From Escherichia phage moha, in the sequence record MN850590.1: DNA of 64,000 nucleotides. One strand, 5' to 3'. The translations under genes and the position numbers were made by a program. How positions within the stretch are numbered: position 1 is the first letter of the stretch; each line of letters starts with the position of its first letter. The notes beneath the pieces were generated by a model. That model was not told where the DNA came from and searched no databases. It saw only the letters and a program-made list of their open reading frames with translations. Positions 29,352 to 39,296 of the stretch are shown here, one piece after another.

Positions 29352-30479
29352 TTATTCTGATGCTTCTTTAAATTCTTGTCCAAATACCTTACCAGTATCA
29401 GTTGAAGATTGAGTAGGTAGTGTCATTATGTCTGGGGCACTTAAAGATTCTGAAACATAATTTACACGAATACCATTTATACCAAACTCCGCAGGTTTTG
29501 AAACGCTTCCATTGCATGATACTTCAGTTAATATAACGTTTCTTAATCCACCTTGCCCGACTGGAGCTGTACGATAACAATAAATCGTGAACCCGTCAGC
29601 ACCAGCAGGAATTTCTATGTAGTCTTCATATATCTTCCATTCACCTGCGGCCCCATCAAAGTTTGTATCCTTAAATGAAATAGGTGAAGTAGAAGGAGAT
29701 TTAAAGAAACGAATAGAAAGTCGTGTCGTCCCTTGTGCTAACAAATCGGCATCTGCCATTAGTTGGAATTTCATATAAAGGAAATCTCCAGGCTTCAATT
29801 TATACCCAGCGAGAGGTGTAATAATGGACGGTGTAGGCATCCTTTTAATTTCATTATTAGTACCTCCAACGGCAGATAAAAATGTGTCTGACGATTCATA
29901 CGTACGACTAGGGAAGCCGGTAGCACCAATATCATCTATAGTGTCGTACACAACATCAAGTGGTGTACTATAGTCGGTTGAAGTTTTCTTATTACTATAC
30001 TTAATATGTTCTAGTGCTATAGCATTCTTACCAGAAATATAAAATGCAGAATAAGAAATGTCCACTATATTTAAAACTTGTTGAGCTAATGGAATAACAG
30101 AACTCCCAGCTTTAGTAAACCATGTGAGAACTTCTGGTGGAAAGTTTGTTTTAGAGTTAGTAACAAGAGCAAATATAAAATTTGAAGCATATGTGTCCAT
30201 GTAAGTAACAAATGCACTTGACGTGGCGTCGTTTTCAGTAGAGAAATTATATGTCTTAGATTCAACTACTGCACCCGTTGTAGGATTTATTACACGAACG
30301 TTTAATCCAACGGAAAAAACCTGGGACCCAAGTGGATTATCCTGGAACTTAATATAAGCAGGAGATGTTGATAGCGGACAAGAGCCCGCTATGCTTAATT
30401 TAAATCGTACTGAATTGCTTTCCGATAAAAATGGCGTTTGGACGTATCCTTGTCCAAACTTAGCCATAAATTTTTCCAT
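29352..30479 (-). CDS. 35: gp35 long tail fibre hinge connector
   Basis: 375 aa; between 34 and 36. Confidence 0.8.
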   Translation of the reverse strand: MEKFMAKFGQGYVQTPFLSESNSVRFKLSIAGSCPLSTSPAYIKFQDNPLGSQVFSVGLNVRVINPTTGAVVESKTYNFSTENDATSSAFVTYMDTYASNFIFALVTNSKTNFPPEVLTWFTKAGSSVIPLAQQVLNIVDISYSAFYISGKNAIALEHIKYSNKKTSTDYSTPLDVVYDTIDDIGATGFPSRTYESSDTFLSAVGGTNNEIKRMPTPSIITPLAGYKLKPGDFLYMKFQLMADADLLAQGTTRLSIRFFKSPSTSPISFKDTNFDGAAGEWKIYEDYIEIPAGADGFTIYCYRTAPVGQGGLRNVILTEVSCNGSVSKPAEFGINGIRVNYVSESLSAPDIMTLPTQSSTDTGKVFGQEFKEASE

Positions 30480-30487
30480 AATACCTC

Positions 30488-33400
30488 TTATTCAATCCAC
30501 TCGAATTTAACAGATTTATTCACAGGGTCCGGAATAATGCGGACGTTACCAATCCTTAAGAAATCCCTTATTGTCAAGTTTCCGATTGTTGCATTATCAG
30601 AAGGTAAAGCACCAATATCAGATGGCTGAGGAGGGTTACCCCCATCAAATACTTGAACAAAACTTGACCAAGAATTTTTAGTTTTCTGCCATGTACGAGT
30701 CCAACGGGTTGTACGTGCTTCTGGGGTTGTTGGATAAGTAATCCAATCTTGGTAAAGTGAATCAAGTGTGTTACCAAACTGAGTCAGTGTACCAGGAGAT
30801 TTAACTTCTTCGCCACGTTCTAAGTATGGAAGCCCAGTCACTTCATTAGTTTTTTCAACCATTTTAAAATAACCTGGGAACTGGTTATAAGTGGCTGAAT
30901 CGTTAATATCAATTGACCAGAATCCTACATTATCAGATGTTGGCGCACGGGTATATAAATCGGATGTTTTAGTACCCTGAGAACGAATTCTTGAGTTAAC
31001 AGTCAAACCGCCAGAATTTATAGTAGCACCTTTGGCAATGATTAAGCTTTCACCAATCGTAACTTGACCGGATTGATTATTAATTGATAATGGACGTAAT
31101 CCATTAAATCCACCGGTCTGATCACCAGATGCAGTAAGCATAAAATATGTGCTGCCGCCATCATTGCGAATAAAGAATCCGTAATCACCACTAATTGCTC
31201 TGAAAGCATTTGCAGACTTGCTAATGAATTCGCCATTGGCTGTAACTGAACGTCCAAATGTTGCAATGCCATTCGCATTTAACGTGCCTGAAGCGTTAAC
31301 ATTTATTGGCATCAAAGTACCATTAATGCTAAACGTTATATTCCCAGCTTTATTACGTTGAGAATAAAAGTGATTAGATGTTTCATCACCAACTTCAAAT
31401 ACAGTAGAACGTGTTGTATCTGAACCACCACCACCAAATTCATTTCCCCAAACTCTGATAGTCATCGTCTGTGCTGGGTTAGTTCCAGTTTGAGGTCCTT
31501 TCTCAAAAATCAGACGAGTTGCCGTTCCAGTATTAGAAATAGTTAATGTACTATTTGCCGAAACTGAACCACCAAACGTAGCAGTACTAGTTGATACAAG
31601 AGGGGCACTCAGATTCGTTTGTTGGGTTAAGGTTAGTGAACCATTAACCGTCTGTGCAATGTCCCTACGAATGAACTGAGATGAATCTAGGCCATCTAAT
31701 AAATTACTATCTACGGCTTTAGCTTTCAATGGCAAATAGTTAGCAAGTACACGGTTTAATTCATATGGTGATACTGCATAGCTATTTTTCTCATATGATT
31801 CTAAAGGTTGTGTTGAACCAACTGTATCATTACCAACAAATGTAATAGAACCGGATGAAGTTTTAACGAATCCACGAATCGCCGTAGTAGCAGCCCATGT
31901 TGGTTCAGACTGGACAATCCATTTTAAATTCTTAGGAGATACAGCAGTATTAGCAGAAGTTCCTGTTACAGTTTCAGCCTGAGTAGCAACCTTAATTACG
32001 CCTTCAGACGTTTCAGTGGACTTAGTCCCTAAAAGCTTTTTAGGAGTAATAAGAACATCATCTAAAGTTCCTGCATTAGATTCTGCTTGGGTCGCTACAC
32101 GAAGTGTACCACGTTGTGTTTCATTTGCTTTAGAAATATCAAGAGTATAATGGTTCCACAAGGTTCCTTCTTCAATAAGTCCGGAATCAGAATTAACACT
32201 GGTACGGTCAGAAGAATCAAAATGAGTTTTAATTTTCAGTGGAGTCGAGATACGAGTATCATCAGTTCCAGTATCAAATTCAACTTGCGTAGCAAGTTCG
32301 GCTATGCCGGATAATCCTTCCGTAGCTTTCCTATCATTTAACGTCTTAGGCGTTACTGCACGTGTATAATCAGTCCCAGCATTAGTTTCTGTTTGCGTAG
32401 CAATTTCAATTAAACCAATACGTCCATCAGTAGAAGTTTTCTTATGTAGTGTTTCAGGAGTTACTACAGCGTGAGAATAACCTGCTTGTGATTGACCGGC
32501 AATCACTTCACTATCAACAGCTAAAATTACTGCACCTTGTTGAGCATAAGTTGCTTTATATTGGTCAAGGGCTTTAGGAGAAATAGTTAAATTATTTACG
32601 GTTTTATTATAAACGTTAGTGCCTGCAGCACCACGAGTTTCAGCAGGAGTAGCAGAAGTAGTTGATACATATTTAACTATACCTGATAGTGTTTCAGAAC
32701 CCTGACGTGCCTGCAATTTCTTAGGTGTAATAATCGTTGTGTCATCAAGACCAGCATCGGTTTCAGTCTGAGTAGCAATTTCAGCAAGACCGCGGCGAGT
32801 TTCAGTTGCTGTACGCTCATTTAGTTTTTTAGGCGTAACAATAGTATCGTCCACAAATGATGCTGTGGAATTCTGGTTAACTTGTGCTGTTGTAGCAATT
32901 TTAGCGATACCACGTCGAGCTTCAGTTGCTGTACGATTTGCCAACGTTTCAGGAGTAATAGCAACTTCTTTAGCCGGAGTATTCTCTAAATCAACATTTG
33001 CTTGCGCTTGAGTAGCAAGAGCAATAACACCTAAACGAGCTCTAGTTGTATCAGTTCCAGCATCGACACGTTCTACAGTTGGGACGTTTTGTTGAACAAC
33101 CCAATAACTTGTACCAGCAACAGTGTCTTCGATATACGCTAATTCTAATACAGGAACATATGAAGTAGTGCCATTGAATTCTAGTTCAGTAACAGAGACC
33201 CATTGAGCATCAGGTGGATATTCAGAACGTTTAGGGAACTGAAGCAATGCAACAGAAGAAGCAATTGTATCACCTTCGGCAGCTTTAATTTTTACTGTTT
33301 GGCCTTTACGCATGTAGTTCATTGAAATTTTAACAGTGTCACCACTCAAAATTCCTGTAGGCAGCGTAAGATTAATAGTTCCGGCTGTAGCGTTATTTGT

Positions 33401-34366
33401 GCCAAAAATAAGAACTTCTTCATTTGGACGAATATTTGAATCCGCACGGATAATACGAAGACGCGATTTCTGGTCGCCTTCCCATATACGCCATAAACTA
33501 CTTGCAGCATCAAAAACAAAAAACGCGTCAGAGTCATTTCTGCCTTCGGCAATATGAGTCCCGACTTCACCAATAGACGTTGTATCATCAAATGTTTTAA
33601 CAATTGTATGATACAGTGGGTTTAATTTATCTAAATCAACTATGTGGATTATATCACCATTATTAGCATTACGTGGAAGTGTAATGTTGATTGGTGCTGC
33701 ACTAGTAAAACGACGAACGATAAAATCATTTGCTTGTGCTTGATATGGTGTCGCAGGTGTAACAGTGATTGATTCTTTACCATAATCGGTAATATACATC
33801 TGCCACAAACGATTACTAAACACAAACAATAGTTGTGAACGCGGACGCGTCATTAAAACTGTACGAACCTGTTCACCTCTAAAGTTTAAAATGCTCTGCA
33901 CAGACGCGTTAATCTGTACTTTAACTGTCCCGGTTCTTCCACCAATATCAGCCAAAACAACAGTATCACCATCAACCGGCGTATTTGGCAACGTGAAAAC
34001 CATATCATTGCCGGCACCAGTGTTAACCGAAATAGATTCACCTGAAGAAAGTTGATAAGTCCCAGAAGCGACAGTTATCCATTGTGCATCAGTACGAACT
34101 GCACGCCATTGTAAAAGGTTAAATGCCCCGGAAGGAGACACGATATCATTTATTGCTTGATATAAACGGTTGTCATAAAGAACAACAAATCCTTTGTTAT
34201 ATCCACGCGTAGAATCATATACTTGAACGGTGTTTTCTTGTACCAGGAAGTCAACGTTTACGCCATCAGTACCTACTGTACGGTCGGCTAATGCTACGTT
34301 AACAATCTTGTCGCCACCGGCGTCCAGACCGTCTTCGGCTCTGAACTTACGTTTGATGTCGGCCAT
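30488..34366 (-). CDS. 34: gp34 long tail fibre proximal subunit
   Basis: 1292 aa (T4 1289); repeated ATQ...TPKKL motifs. Confidence 0.9.
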   Translation of the reverse strand: MADIKRKFRAEDGLDAGGDKIVNVALADRTVGTDGVNVDFLVQENTVQVYDSTRGYNKGFVVLYDNRLYQAINDIVSPSGAFNLLQWRAVRTDAQWITVASGTYQLSSGESISVNTGAGNDMVFTLPNTPVDGDTVVLADIGGRTGTVKVQINASVQSILNFRGEQVRTVLMTRPRSQLLFVFSNRLWQMYITDYGKESITVTPATPYQAQANDFIVRRFTSAAPINITLPRNANNGDIIHIVDLDKLNPLYHTIVKTFDDTTSIGEVGTHIAEGRNDSDAFFVFDAASSLWRIWEGDQKSRLRIIRADSNIRPNEEVLIFGTNNATAGTINLTLPTGILSGDTVKISMNYMRKGQTVKIKAAEGDTIASSVALLQFPKRSEYPPDAQWVSVTELEFNGTTSYVPVLELAYIEDTVAGTSYWVVQQNVPTVERVDAGTDTTRARLGVIALATQAQANVDLENTPAKEVAITPETLANRTATEARRGIAKIATTAQVNQNSTASFVDDTIVTPKKLNERTATETRRGLAEIATQTETDAGLDDTTIITPKKLQARQGSETLSGIVKYVSTTSATPAETRGAAGTNVYNKTVNNLTISPKALDQYKATYAQQGAVILAVDSEVIAGQSQAGYSHAVVTPETLHKKTSTDGRIGLIEIATQTETNAGTDYTRAVTPKTLNDRKATEGLSGIAELATQVEFDTGTDDTRISTPLKIKTHFDSSDRTSVNSDSGLIEEGTLWNHYTLDISKANETQRGTLRVATQAESNAGTLDDVLITPKKLLGTKSTETSEGVIKVATQAETVTGTSANTAVSPKNLKWIVQSEPTWAATTAIRGFVKTSSGSITFVGNDTVGSTQPLESYEKNSYAVSPYELNRVLANYLPLKAKAVDSNLLDGLDSSQFIRRDIAQTVNGSLTLTQQTNLSAPLVSTSTATFGGSVSANSTLTISNTGTATRLIFEKGPQTGTNPAQTMTIRVWGNEFGGGGSDTTRSTVFEVGDETSNHFYSQRNKAGNITFSINGTLMPINVNASGTLNANGIATFGRSVTANGEFISKSANAFRAISGDYGFFIRNDGGSTYFMLTASGDQTGGFNGLRPLSINNQSGQVTIGESLIIAKGATINSGGLTVNSRIRSQGTKTSDLYTRAPTSDNVGFWSIDINDSATYNQFPGYFKMVEKTNEVTGLPYLERGEEVKSPGTLTQFGNTLDSLYQDWITYPTTPEARTTRWTRTWQKTKNSWSSFVQVFDGGNPPQPSDIGALPSDNATIGNLTIRDFLRIGNVRIIPDPVNKSVKFEWIE

Positions 34367-34396
34367 TCGTTTTTCCTTTATTGTTTCAATAATACT

Positions 34397-34404
34397 TATT
34401 TATA
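34397..34404 (-). promoter_or_regulatory. late promoter TATAAATA for gene 34
   Basis: minus strand TATAAATA about 30 nt upstream of gene 34 ATG. Confidence 0.55.
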
Positions 34405-34407
34405 CCA

Positions 34408-34437
34408 GTTTACGCTTTCAAATGAGTGTGTTACTAT
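34408..34437 (+). promoter_or_regulatory. T4-type early promoter for rnh
   Basis: GTTTAC, 18 bp spacer, TACTAT. Confidence 0.55.
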
Positions 34438-34469
34438 AGACAAGTTGACTAACTGAACAAGAGGTTCAT

Positions 34470-35387
34470 ATGGATTTAGAAATGATGTTGGATGAAGATT
34501 ACAAAGAAGGTATTGCACTTGCCGACTTTAGTAACATTGCACTGGCAGCCGCATTAAACAACTTTGAAGACGGCGATAAAATTACAGTTCCAATGGTTCG
34601 CCATGTAATCTTGAATTCAATTCGTAAAAACGTAGTGATGTTCCGTAAGCAAGGCTATACAAAATTTGTATTGTGTATGGATAATGCTACTTCGGGTTAT
34701 TGGCGTCGAGACTTTGCTTACTATTACAAGAAAAATCGTAAAACCGATCGTGAAGCTTCAAAGTGGGATTGGGAAGGATATTTTACTGCACTCCATCAAG
34801 TTGTTGATGAGATTAAGAAATACATGCCATACGTTGTAATGGATATTGACAAGTATGAAGCGGATGACCATATCGGTGTATTAACTAAATATTTGTCATT
34901 AGCTGGACATAAAGTATGTATTGTTGCATCAGATGGTGACTTTACACAATTACACAAATATCCTAACGTTAAACAGTGGTCGCCACCACAGAAAAAATGG
35001 GTTAAAATTAAGAATGGTTCTGCTGAAATTGATTGCATGACTAAAATTCTTAAAGGTGACCGTAAGGATGGTGTTGCATCTGTTCGAGTTCGTGGCGACT
35101 TCTGGTTTACCAGAGTTGATGGTGAACGAACTCCGAGTATGAAAACATCGATTATTGAAGCAATTGCCAATGACCGTTCTCAAGCTGAAGTATTATTAAG
35201 TGCAGAAGAATATAAACGGTATCAAGAAAATTTGGTTCTCATTGATTTTGATTATATCCCTGATAATATTGCTTCAACCATTATAGAGTATTATAACTCA
35301 TATAAACAACAACCTAAAGGCAAGATTTATTCATACTTTGTAAAATCTGGTCTTTCTAAATTAACAAGTGTAATTAATGAATTCTGA
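34470..35387 (+). CDS. rnh: RNase H (FEN-family 5'-3' exonuclease)
   Basis: 305 aa, same as T4 RNase H; divergent from gene 34. Confidence 0.85.
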   Translation: MDLEMMLDEDYKEGIALADFSNIALAAALNNFEDGDKITVPMVRHVILNSIRKNVVMFRKQGYTKFVLCMDNATSGYWRRDFAYYYKKNRKTDREASKWDWEGYFTALHQVVDEIKKYMPYVVMDIDKYEADDHIGVLTKYLSLAGHKVCIVASDGDFTQLHKYPNVKQWSPPQKKWVKIKNGSAEIDCMTKILKGDRKDGVASVRVRGDFWFTRVDGERTPSMKTSIIEAIANDRSQAEVLLSAEEYKRYQENLVLIDFDYIPDNIASTIIEYYNSYKQQPKGKIYSYFVKSGLSKLTSVINEF

Positions 35388-35394
35388 GGTAAAC

Positions 35395-35664
35395 ATGGCT
35401 AAGAAAGAAGCAGTTGAATTTAATCAAGATGTGCACGGTGAAGAACTGGCTAAACTAGTCAAGGAAGCTTCCGATAACAAACTTAAAATTTCTGGTTATA
35501 ATGAACTGATTAAAGACATTCGTACTCGTGCTAAAGAAGAGCTTGGTGTCGATGGAAAAATGTTTAATCGTTTGTTAGCTCTTTATCATAAAGACGCTCG
35601 TGACCAATTTGAAGCTGAAAACGAAGAGGTAGTCGAGCTTTATGACACAGTTTTCACTAAGTGA
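35395..35664 (+). CDS. dsbA: DsbA dsDNA-binding protein
   Basis: 89 aa from ATG at 35395; between rnh and 33. Confidence 0.6.
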   Translation: MAKKEAVEFNQDVHGEELAKLVKEASDNKLKISGYNELIKDIRTRAKEELGVDGKMFNRLLALYHKDARDQFEAENEEVVELYDTVFTK

Positions 35665-35980
35665 TATTAAACCGGTTGATGAGGCCGGTTTATCTGAACA
35701 AGAATTAGCAGTAAAACACGATAAAGATGATATCGCTAAATTGCTTGACCGACAAGAAAACGGATTCATTATCGAATCCATGGTTGAACAATTTGGTATG
35801 TCTTATTTAGAAGCAACAACTGCTTTCTTGGAAGAAAATTCTATTCCAGAAACACAATTTGCTAAATTTATTCCTACAGGAATTGTTGAAAAAATTACAA
35901 GCGAAGCAATTGACGAAAACATGCTTCGCCCATCAGTTGCTCGTGGTGAAAAAACTAATACGTTAGATTTCTTATTATGA
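35642..35980 (+). CDS. 33: gp33 late transcription co-activator
   Basis: 112 aa, same as T4 gp33; position. Confidence 0.65.
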   Translation: MTQFSLSDIKPVDEAGLSEQELAVKHDKDDIAKLLDRQENGFIIESMVEQFGMSYLEATTAFLEENSIPETQFAKFIPTGIVEKITSEAIDENMLRPSVARGEKTNTLDFLL

Positions 35981-36630
35981 TTAAAATACGCATGCCTCCT
36001 GATGGAGAACGTTATATTAACGGAAAATCGGTATACAAACTATACTTGATGTGCAAACAACATTTTAATGGTCGGTATGACGTAATCAAATATAACTGGT
36101 GCATGCGTGTTTCGGATAATGCGTATCAAAAACGCCGAGATAAATATTTCTTTGAAAAACTAGCAGAGAAATATAAATTGAAGGAACTCACCTTGATATT
36201 CATAAGCAACTTAGTTGCTAACCAAGACGCATGGATTGGTGAGATATCAGACGCTGATGCATTAGTTTTCTATAGGGAATATATTGGACGTCTCAAACAA
36301 GCTAAAGAGACGTTTGCTGAAGACGTACGTAACATCTACTATTTCAGTAAGAAAGTTGAAGTTAGTGCGCTTCAAGAGATATTTGATTATAATAACAACG
36401 TTCAGTCGAGCTACATATTCAAATTGCTACAAAGCAATATAATTTCATTTGAGACTTTCTTATTGTTGGACTCGTTTTTGAATATTATAGATAAGCACGA
36501 CGAACTCACCGATAACTTAGTCTGGCAAAATTATTCTATCAAATTAAAGGCATATCGAAAAATACTTCAAATCGATGGAAATGCTGCTAAGAAATTGTTC
36601 ATAGAAACAATCAAATCATGTAAGTATTAA
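35977..36630 (+). CDS. 59: gp59 helicase loader
   Basis: 217 aa, same as T4 gp59; directly upstream of gene 32. Confidence 0.7.
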   Translation: MIKIRMPPDGERYINGKSVYKLYLMCKQHFNGRYDVIKYNWCMRVSDNAYQKRRDKYFFEKLAEKYKLKELTLIFISNLVANQDAWIGEISDADALVFYREYIGRLKQAKETFAEDVRNIYYFSKKVEVSALQEIFDYNNNVQSSYIFKLLQSNIISFETFLLLDSFLNIIDKHDELTDNLVWQNYSIKLKAYRKILQIDGNAAKKLFIETIKSCKY

Positions 36631-36654
36631 GCTTTATTTTATCTGTGTTAGAAT
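36631..36654 (+). promoter_or_regulatory. middle promoter-like element (MotA-box-like plus -10)
   Basis: GCTTTA, 11 bp, TAGAAT. Confidence 0.4.
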
Positions 36655-36659
36655 TACCG

Positions 36660-36667
36660 TATAAATA
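36660..36667 (+). promoter_or_regulatory. late promoter TATAAATA for gene 32
   Basis: exact TATAAATA about 80 nt upstream of gene 32 ATG. Confidence 0.55.
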
Positions 36668-36671
36668 AAAC

Positions 36672-36747
36672 ATACCAGCTACGAGGTATAAGTGTCGTAG
36701 CAACCGACTGTAAAATTTAATTAATAATCTAAATAAAGGCAAATAAA
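36672..36747 (+). promoter_or_regulatory. gene 32 translational operator (pseudoknot plus AU-rich site)
   Basis: stem gctacga/tcgtagc with loop bases ggtat pairing upstream atacc; then a long A/U-rich tract up to the AUG. Confidence 0.65.
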
Positions 36748-37647
36748 ATGTTTAAACGTAAAAGTACCGCAGACCTCGCAGCTCAGATGGCTAAACTGAA
36801 TGGTAACAAAGGTTTCTCTTCAGAAGATAAAGGTGAATGGAAGCTGAAACTCGATGCATCCGGTAATGGTCAAGCGGTAATTCGTTTCCTGCCGGCAAAA
36901 ACAGATGACGCACTTCCGTTTACAATTCTTGTTAACCACGGGTTCAAGAAAAATGGCAAATGGTATATTGAAACCTGTTCATCTACACACGGCGATTATG
37001 ACTCTTGTCCTGTATGTCAGTACATTAGTAAAAATGACCTGTACAATACCAACAAAACTGAATATTCTCAACTGAAACGTAAAACTTCTTATTGGGCTAA
37101 TATTCTGGTTGTTAAAGACCCTCAAGCTCCAGATAATGAAGGTAAAGTATTCAAATATCGTTTCGGTAAAAAGATTTGGGACAAAATCAATGCAATGATT
37201 GCAGTCGATACTGAAATGGGTGAAACTCCTGTTGATGTAACTTGCCCATGGGAAGGTGCTAACTTTGTGCTGAAAGTTAAACAGGTTTCTGGTTTCAGTA
37301 ACTACGACGAATCTAAATTCCTGAATCAATCTGCGATTCCAAACATTGATGATGAATCTTTCCAGAAAGAATTGTTCGAACAAATGGTTGACCTTTCTGA
37401 AATGACTTCTAAAGATAAGTTCAAATCGTTTGAAGAATTGAATACTAAATTTAATCAAGTTCTTGGTACTGCCGCTCTTGGTGGTGCAGCAGCTGCCGCA
37501 GCTTCTGTTGCAGATAAAGTTGCTTCTGACCTTGACGATTTTGATAAAGACATGGAAGCCTTTAGTTCTGCAAAAACTGAAGATGACTTCATGAGTTCCT
37601 CGTCTTCTGACGATGGCGATCTCGATGACCTGTTAGCTGGTCTATAA
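36748..37647 (+). CDS. 32: gp32 single-stranded DNA-binding protein
   Basis: Zn-binding H/C cluster [10 protein letters not shown]; acidic C-terminus; 299 aa. Confidence 0.92.
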   Translation: MFKRKSTADLAAQMAKLNGNKGFSSEDKGEWKLKLDASGNGQAVIRFLPAKTDDALPFTILVNHGFKKNGKWYIETCSSTHGDYDSCPVCQYISKNDLYNTNKTEYSQLKRKTSYWANILVVKDPQAPDNEGKVFKYRFGKKIWDKINAMIAVDTEMGETPVDVTCPWEGANFVLKVKQVSGFSNYDESKFLNQSAIPNIDDESFQKELFEQMVDLSEMTSKDKFKSFEELNTKFNQVLGTAALGGAAAAAASVADKVASDLDDFDKDMEAFSSAKTEDDFMSSSSSDDGDLDDLLAGL

Positions 37648-37653
37648 TAAATT

Positions 37654-37676
37654 GGGAGACTTCGGTCTCCCTTTTG
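37654..37676 (+). terminator. intrinsic terminator after gene 32
   Basis: gggagac-ttcg-gtctccc then TTTT. Confidence 0.75.
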
Positions 37677-37702
37677 AGTATCTGTAAATTGCCGAAAAAG
37701 TT

Positions 37703-37731
37703 GTTTACTTCTTACCTGGATGTGTTAGTAT
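37703..37731 (+). promoter_or_regulatory. T4-type early promoter
   Basis: GTTTAC, 17 bp spacer, TAGTAT. Confidence 0.55.
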
Positions 37732-37760
37732 AGACCTATCAACAACATGAGGAAATCAAA

Positions 37761-38153
37761 ATGGAAATCGGAAAATCTTATATCATTAACCCTTTGTTTA
37801 AAGACGACTTTGTTCAAGAAGCACCACACAATAACGCTAAGATGTTAAAATTGATTGAACTCCACGGGCCTAGTTTTGTTGTAAACGGAATGGAACCTGA
37901 TTATGATAGCGATACGCTAAACGTAGTAAGTGTAACTATGGAAGATGGTACTGTATGTTCTGCTGGTGGTGAAATTGAAACTTATTTTGAGATTTATCAT
38001 GATGAGTTCAAATACTTTACTGAGGTAGATTTAGTAAAGCCTCAACCTACTAACGAAGGTGTAACTTTAGGTGTAACAAAAATCCATTGTATCGTAGATG
38101 AAACTAACGTCGACGAAATCATCAAACTTTTGCAAAAAACTTTTAAAAAGTAG
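37761..38153 (+). CDS. hypothetical protein (frd.3 position)
   Basis: 130 aa. Confidence 0.5.
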   Translation: MEIGKSYIINPLFKDDFVQEAPHNNAKMLKLIELHGPSFVVNGMEPDYDSDTLNVVSVTMEDGTVCSAGGEIETYFEIYHDEFKYFTEVDLVKPQPTNEGVTLGVTKIHCIVDETNVDEIIKLLQKTFKK

Positions 38154-38181
38154 TTTATAACAAGATAGGGCTACTATAACA
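38153..38181 (+). promoter_or_regulatory. T4-type early promoter
   Basis: GTTTATA -35-like; -10 region flanked by palindrome tagggcta/tagcccta. Confidence 0.5.
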
Positions 38182-38216
38182 TAGCCCTATCAAATAAAAG
38201 TGAAGAGGAGAATAAA

Positions 38217-38465
38217 ATGAGATTGCAACGCCAGAGCATCAAAGATTCAGAAGTTAGAGGTAAATGGTACTTCAACATTGTCGGTAAAGACGCTGAACTC
38301 CTTGAACAAGCTGAAGAAGCTTTACGTGAAATGGGTTGGAACGAAGAATGTGATGGATGTCCACTCTACGAAGATGGTGAAAGTGCAGGATTCTGGATTT
38401 GCCACTCTGATGTTGAAATGTTCAAAGCCGATTGGAAAGTTGTTAAGAAAAATCTGAGGAAATAA
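38217..38465 (+). CDS. hypothetical protein (frd.2 position)
   Basis: 82 aa. Confidence 0.5.
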   Translation: MRLQRQSIKDSEVRGKWYFNIVGKDAELLEQAEEALREMGWNEECDGCPLYEDGESAGFWICHSDVEMFKADWKVVKKNLRK

Positions 38466-38467
38466 TT

Positions 38468-38716
38468 ATGAATGTTGTTGTTGAATACTCTCAAGGCGCT
38501 GATGTCGGATATGAAGTTTATACTTCAGTTAATTTAGACCATCCGGATTTAGCCGAATTCATTGGTGACGCATTTGATTTGTCTGGGCGATACACAACAA
38601 AACCCCGTGTTTGTGTTACAACATTTGACCAAACCGATGGTTTGGAAATTCAGACAGAACTAGTTTCGTCTAAATCACAAATCCAAAAAGTTATTAAAGG
38701 ACTTAAAAATGCTTAA
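38468..38716 (+). CDS. hypothetical protein (frd.1 position)
   Basis: 82 aa. Confidence 0.5.
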   Translation: MNVVVEYSQGADVGYEVYTSVNLDHPDLAEFIGDAFDLSGRYTTKPRVCVTTFDQTDGLEIQTELVSSKSQIQKVIKGLKNA

Positions 38717-39296
38717 ATTAGTATTCGCATGCGCACCATCTAAAACAGTTGATGATAAACTGGAATATGCTTTTGGATTAGGTGATGGACTTCCATGGAA
38801 GCATATCAAACAAGATATGAGTAACTTTGTTGCTCGCACTAAAAACACTGTAATGGTTATGGGTGCTAAGACTTTTGCATCATTACCTCGTCTACTCCCA
38901 GATCGTACTCATGTGGTTGTCACTGATATGGCCAGAAAACTGCCTAGGACTAAAACTGATGAACTTGCACGGTTCTATATCACCCAATCTGAATTTATTA
39001 CCTTGGTAACAGGTGGTGAAATTAACCTGTTTAGCCCTGCAACTGATGTACCGTTTAAACTTTCTACTGAACATGTTAATGTATCTGTTATCGGCGGTCC
39101 TGCTCTACTTAAACAAGCACTGCCTTATGCCGATGAAATCGTGATGACTAAAATCATTAAGAAATGTCGTGTTAATTCCGATGTTCAACTTGATAAAGAT
39201 TTCATCCAAGATATTATGCTTCAACGTTCTATGGTAGAATCTCATTACTACAGAATCGATGAACTCACCGAAATTACTGAGAGCGTTTATAAATGA
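38709..39296 (+). CDS. frd: dihydrofolate reductase
   Basis: 195 aa; directly upstream of and overlapping td. Confidence 0.75.
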   Translation: MLKLVFACAPSKTVDDKLEYAFGLGDGLPWKHIKQDMSNFVARTKNTVMVMGAKTFASLPRLLPDRTHVVVTDMARKLPRTKTDELARFYITQSEFITLVTGGEINLFSPATDVPFKLSTEHVNVSVIGGPALLKQALPYADEIVMTKIIKKCRVNSDVQLDKDFIQDIMLQRSMVESHYYRIDELTEITESVYK

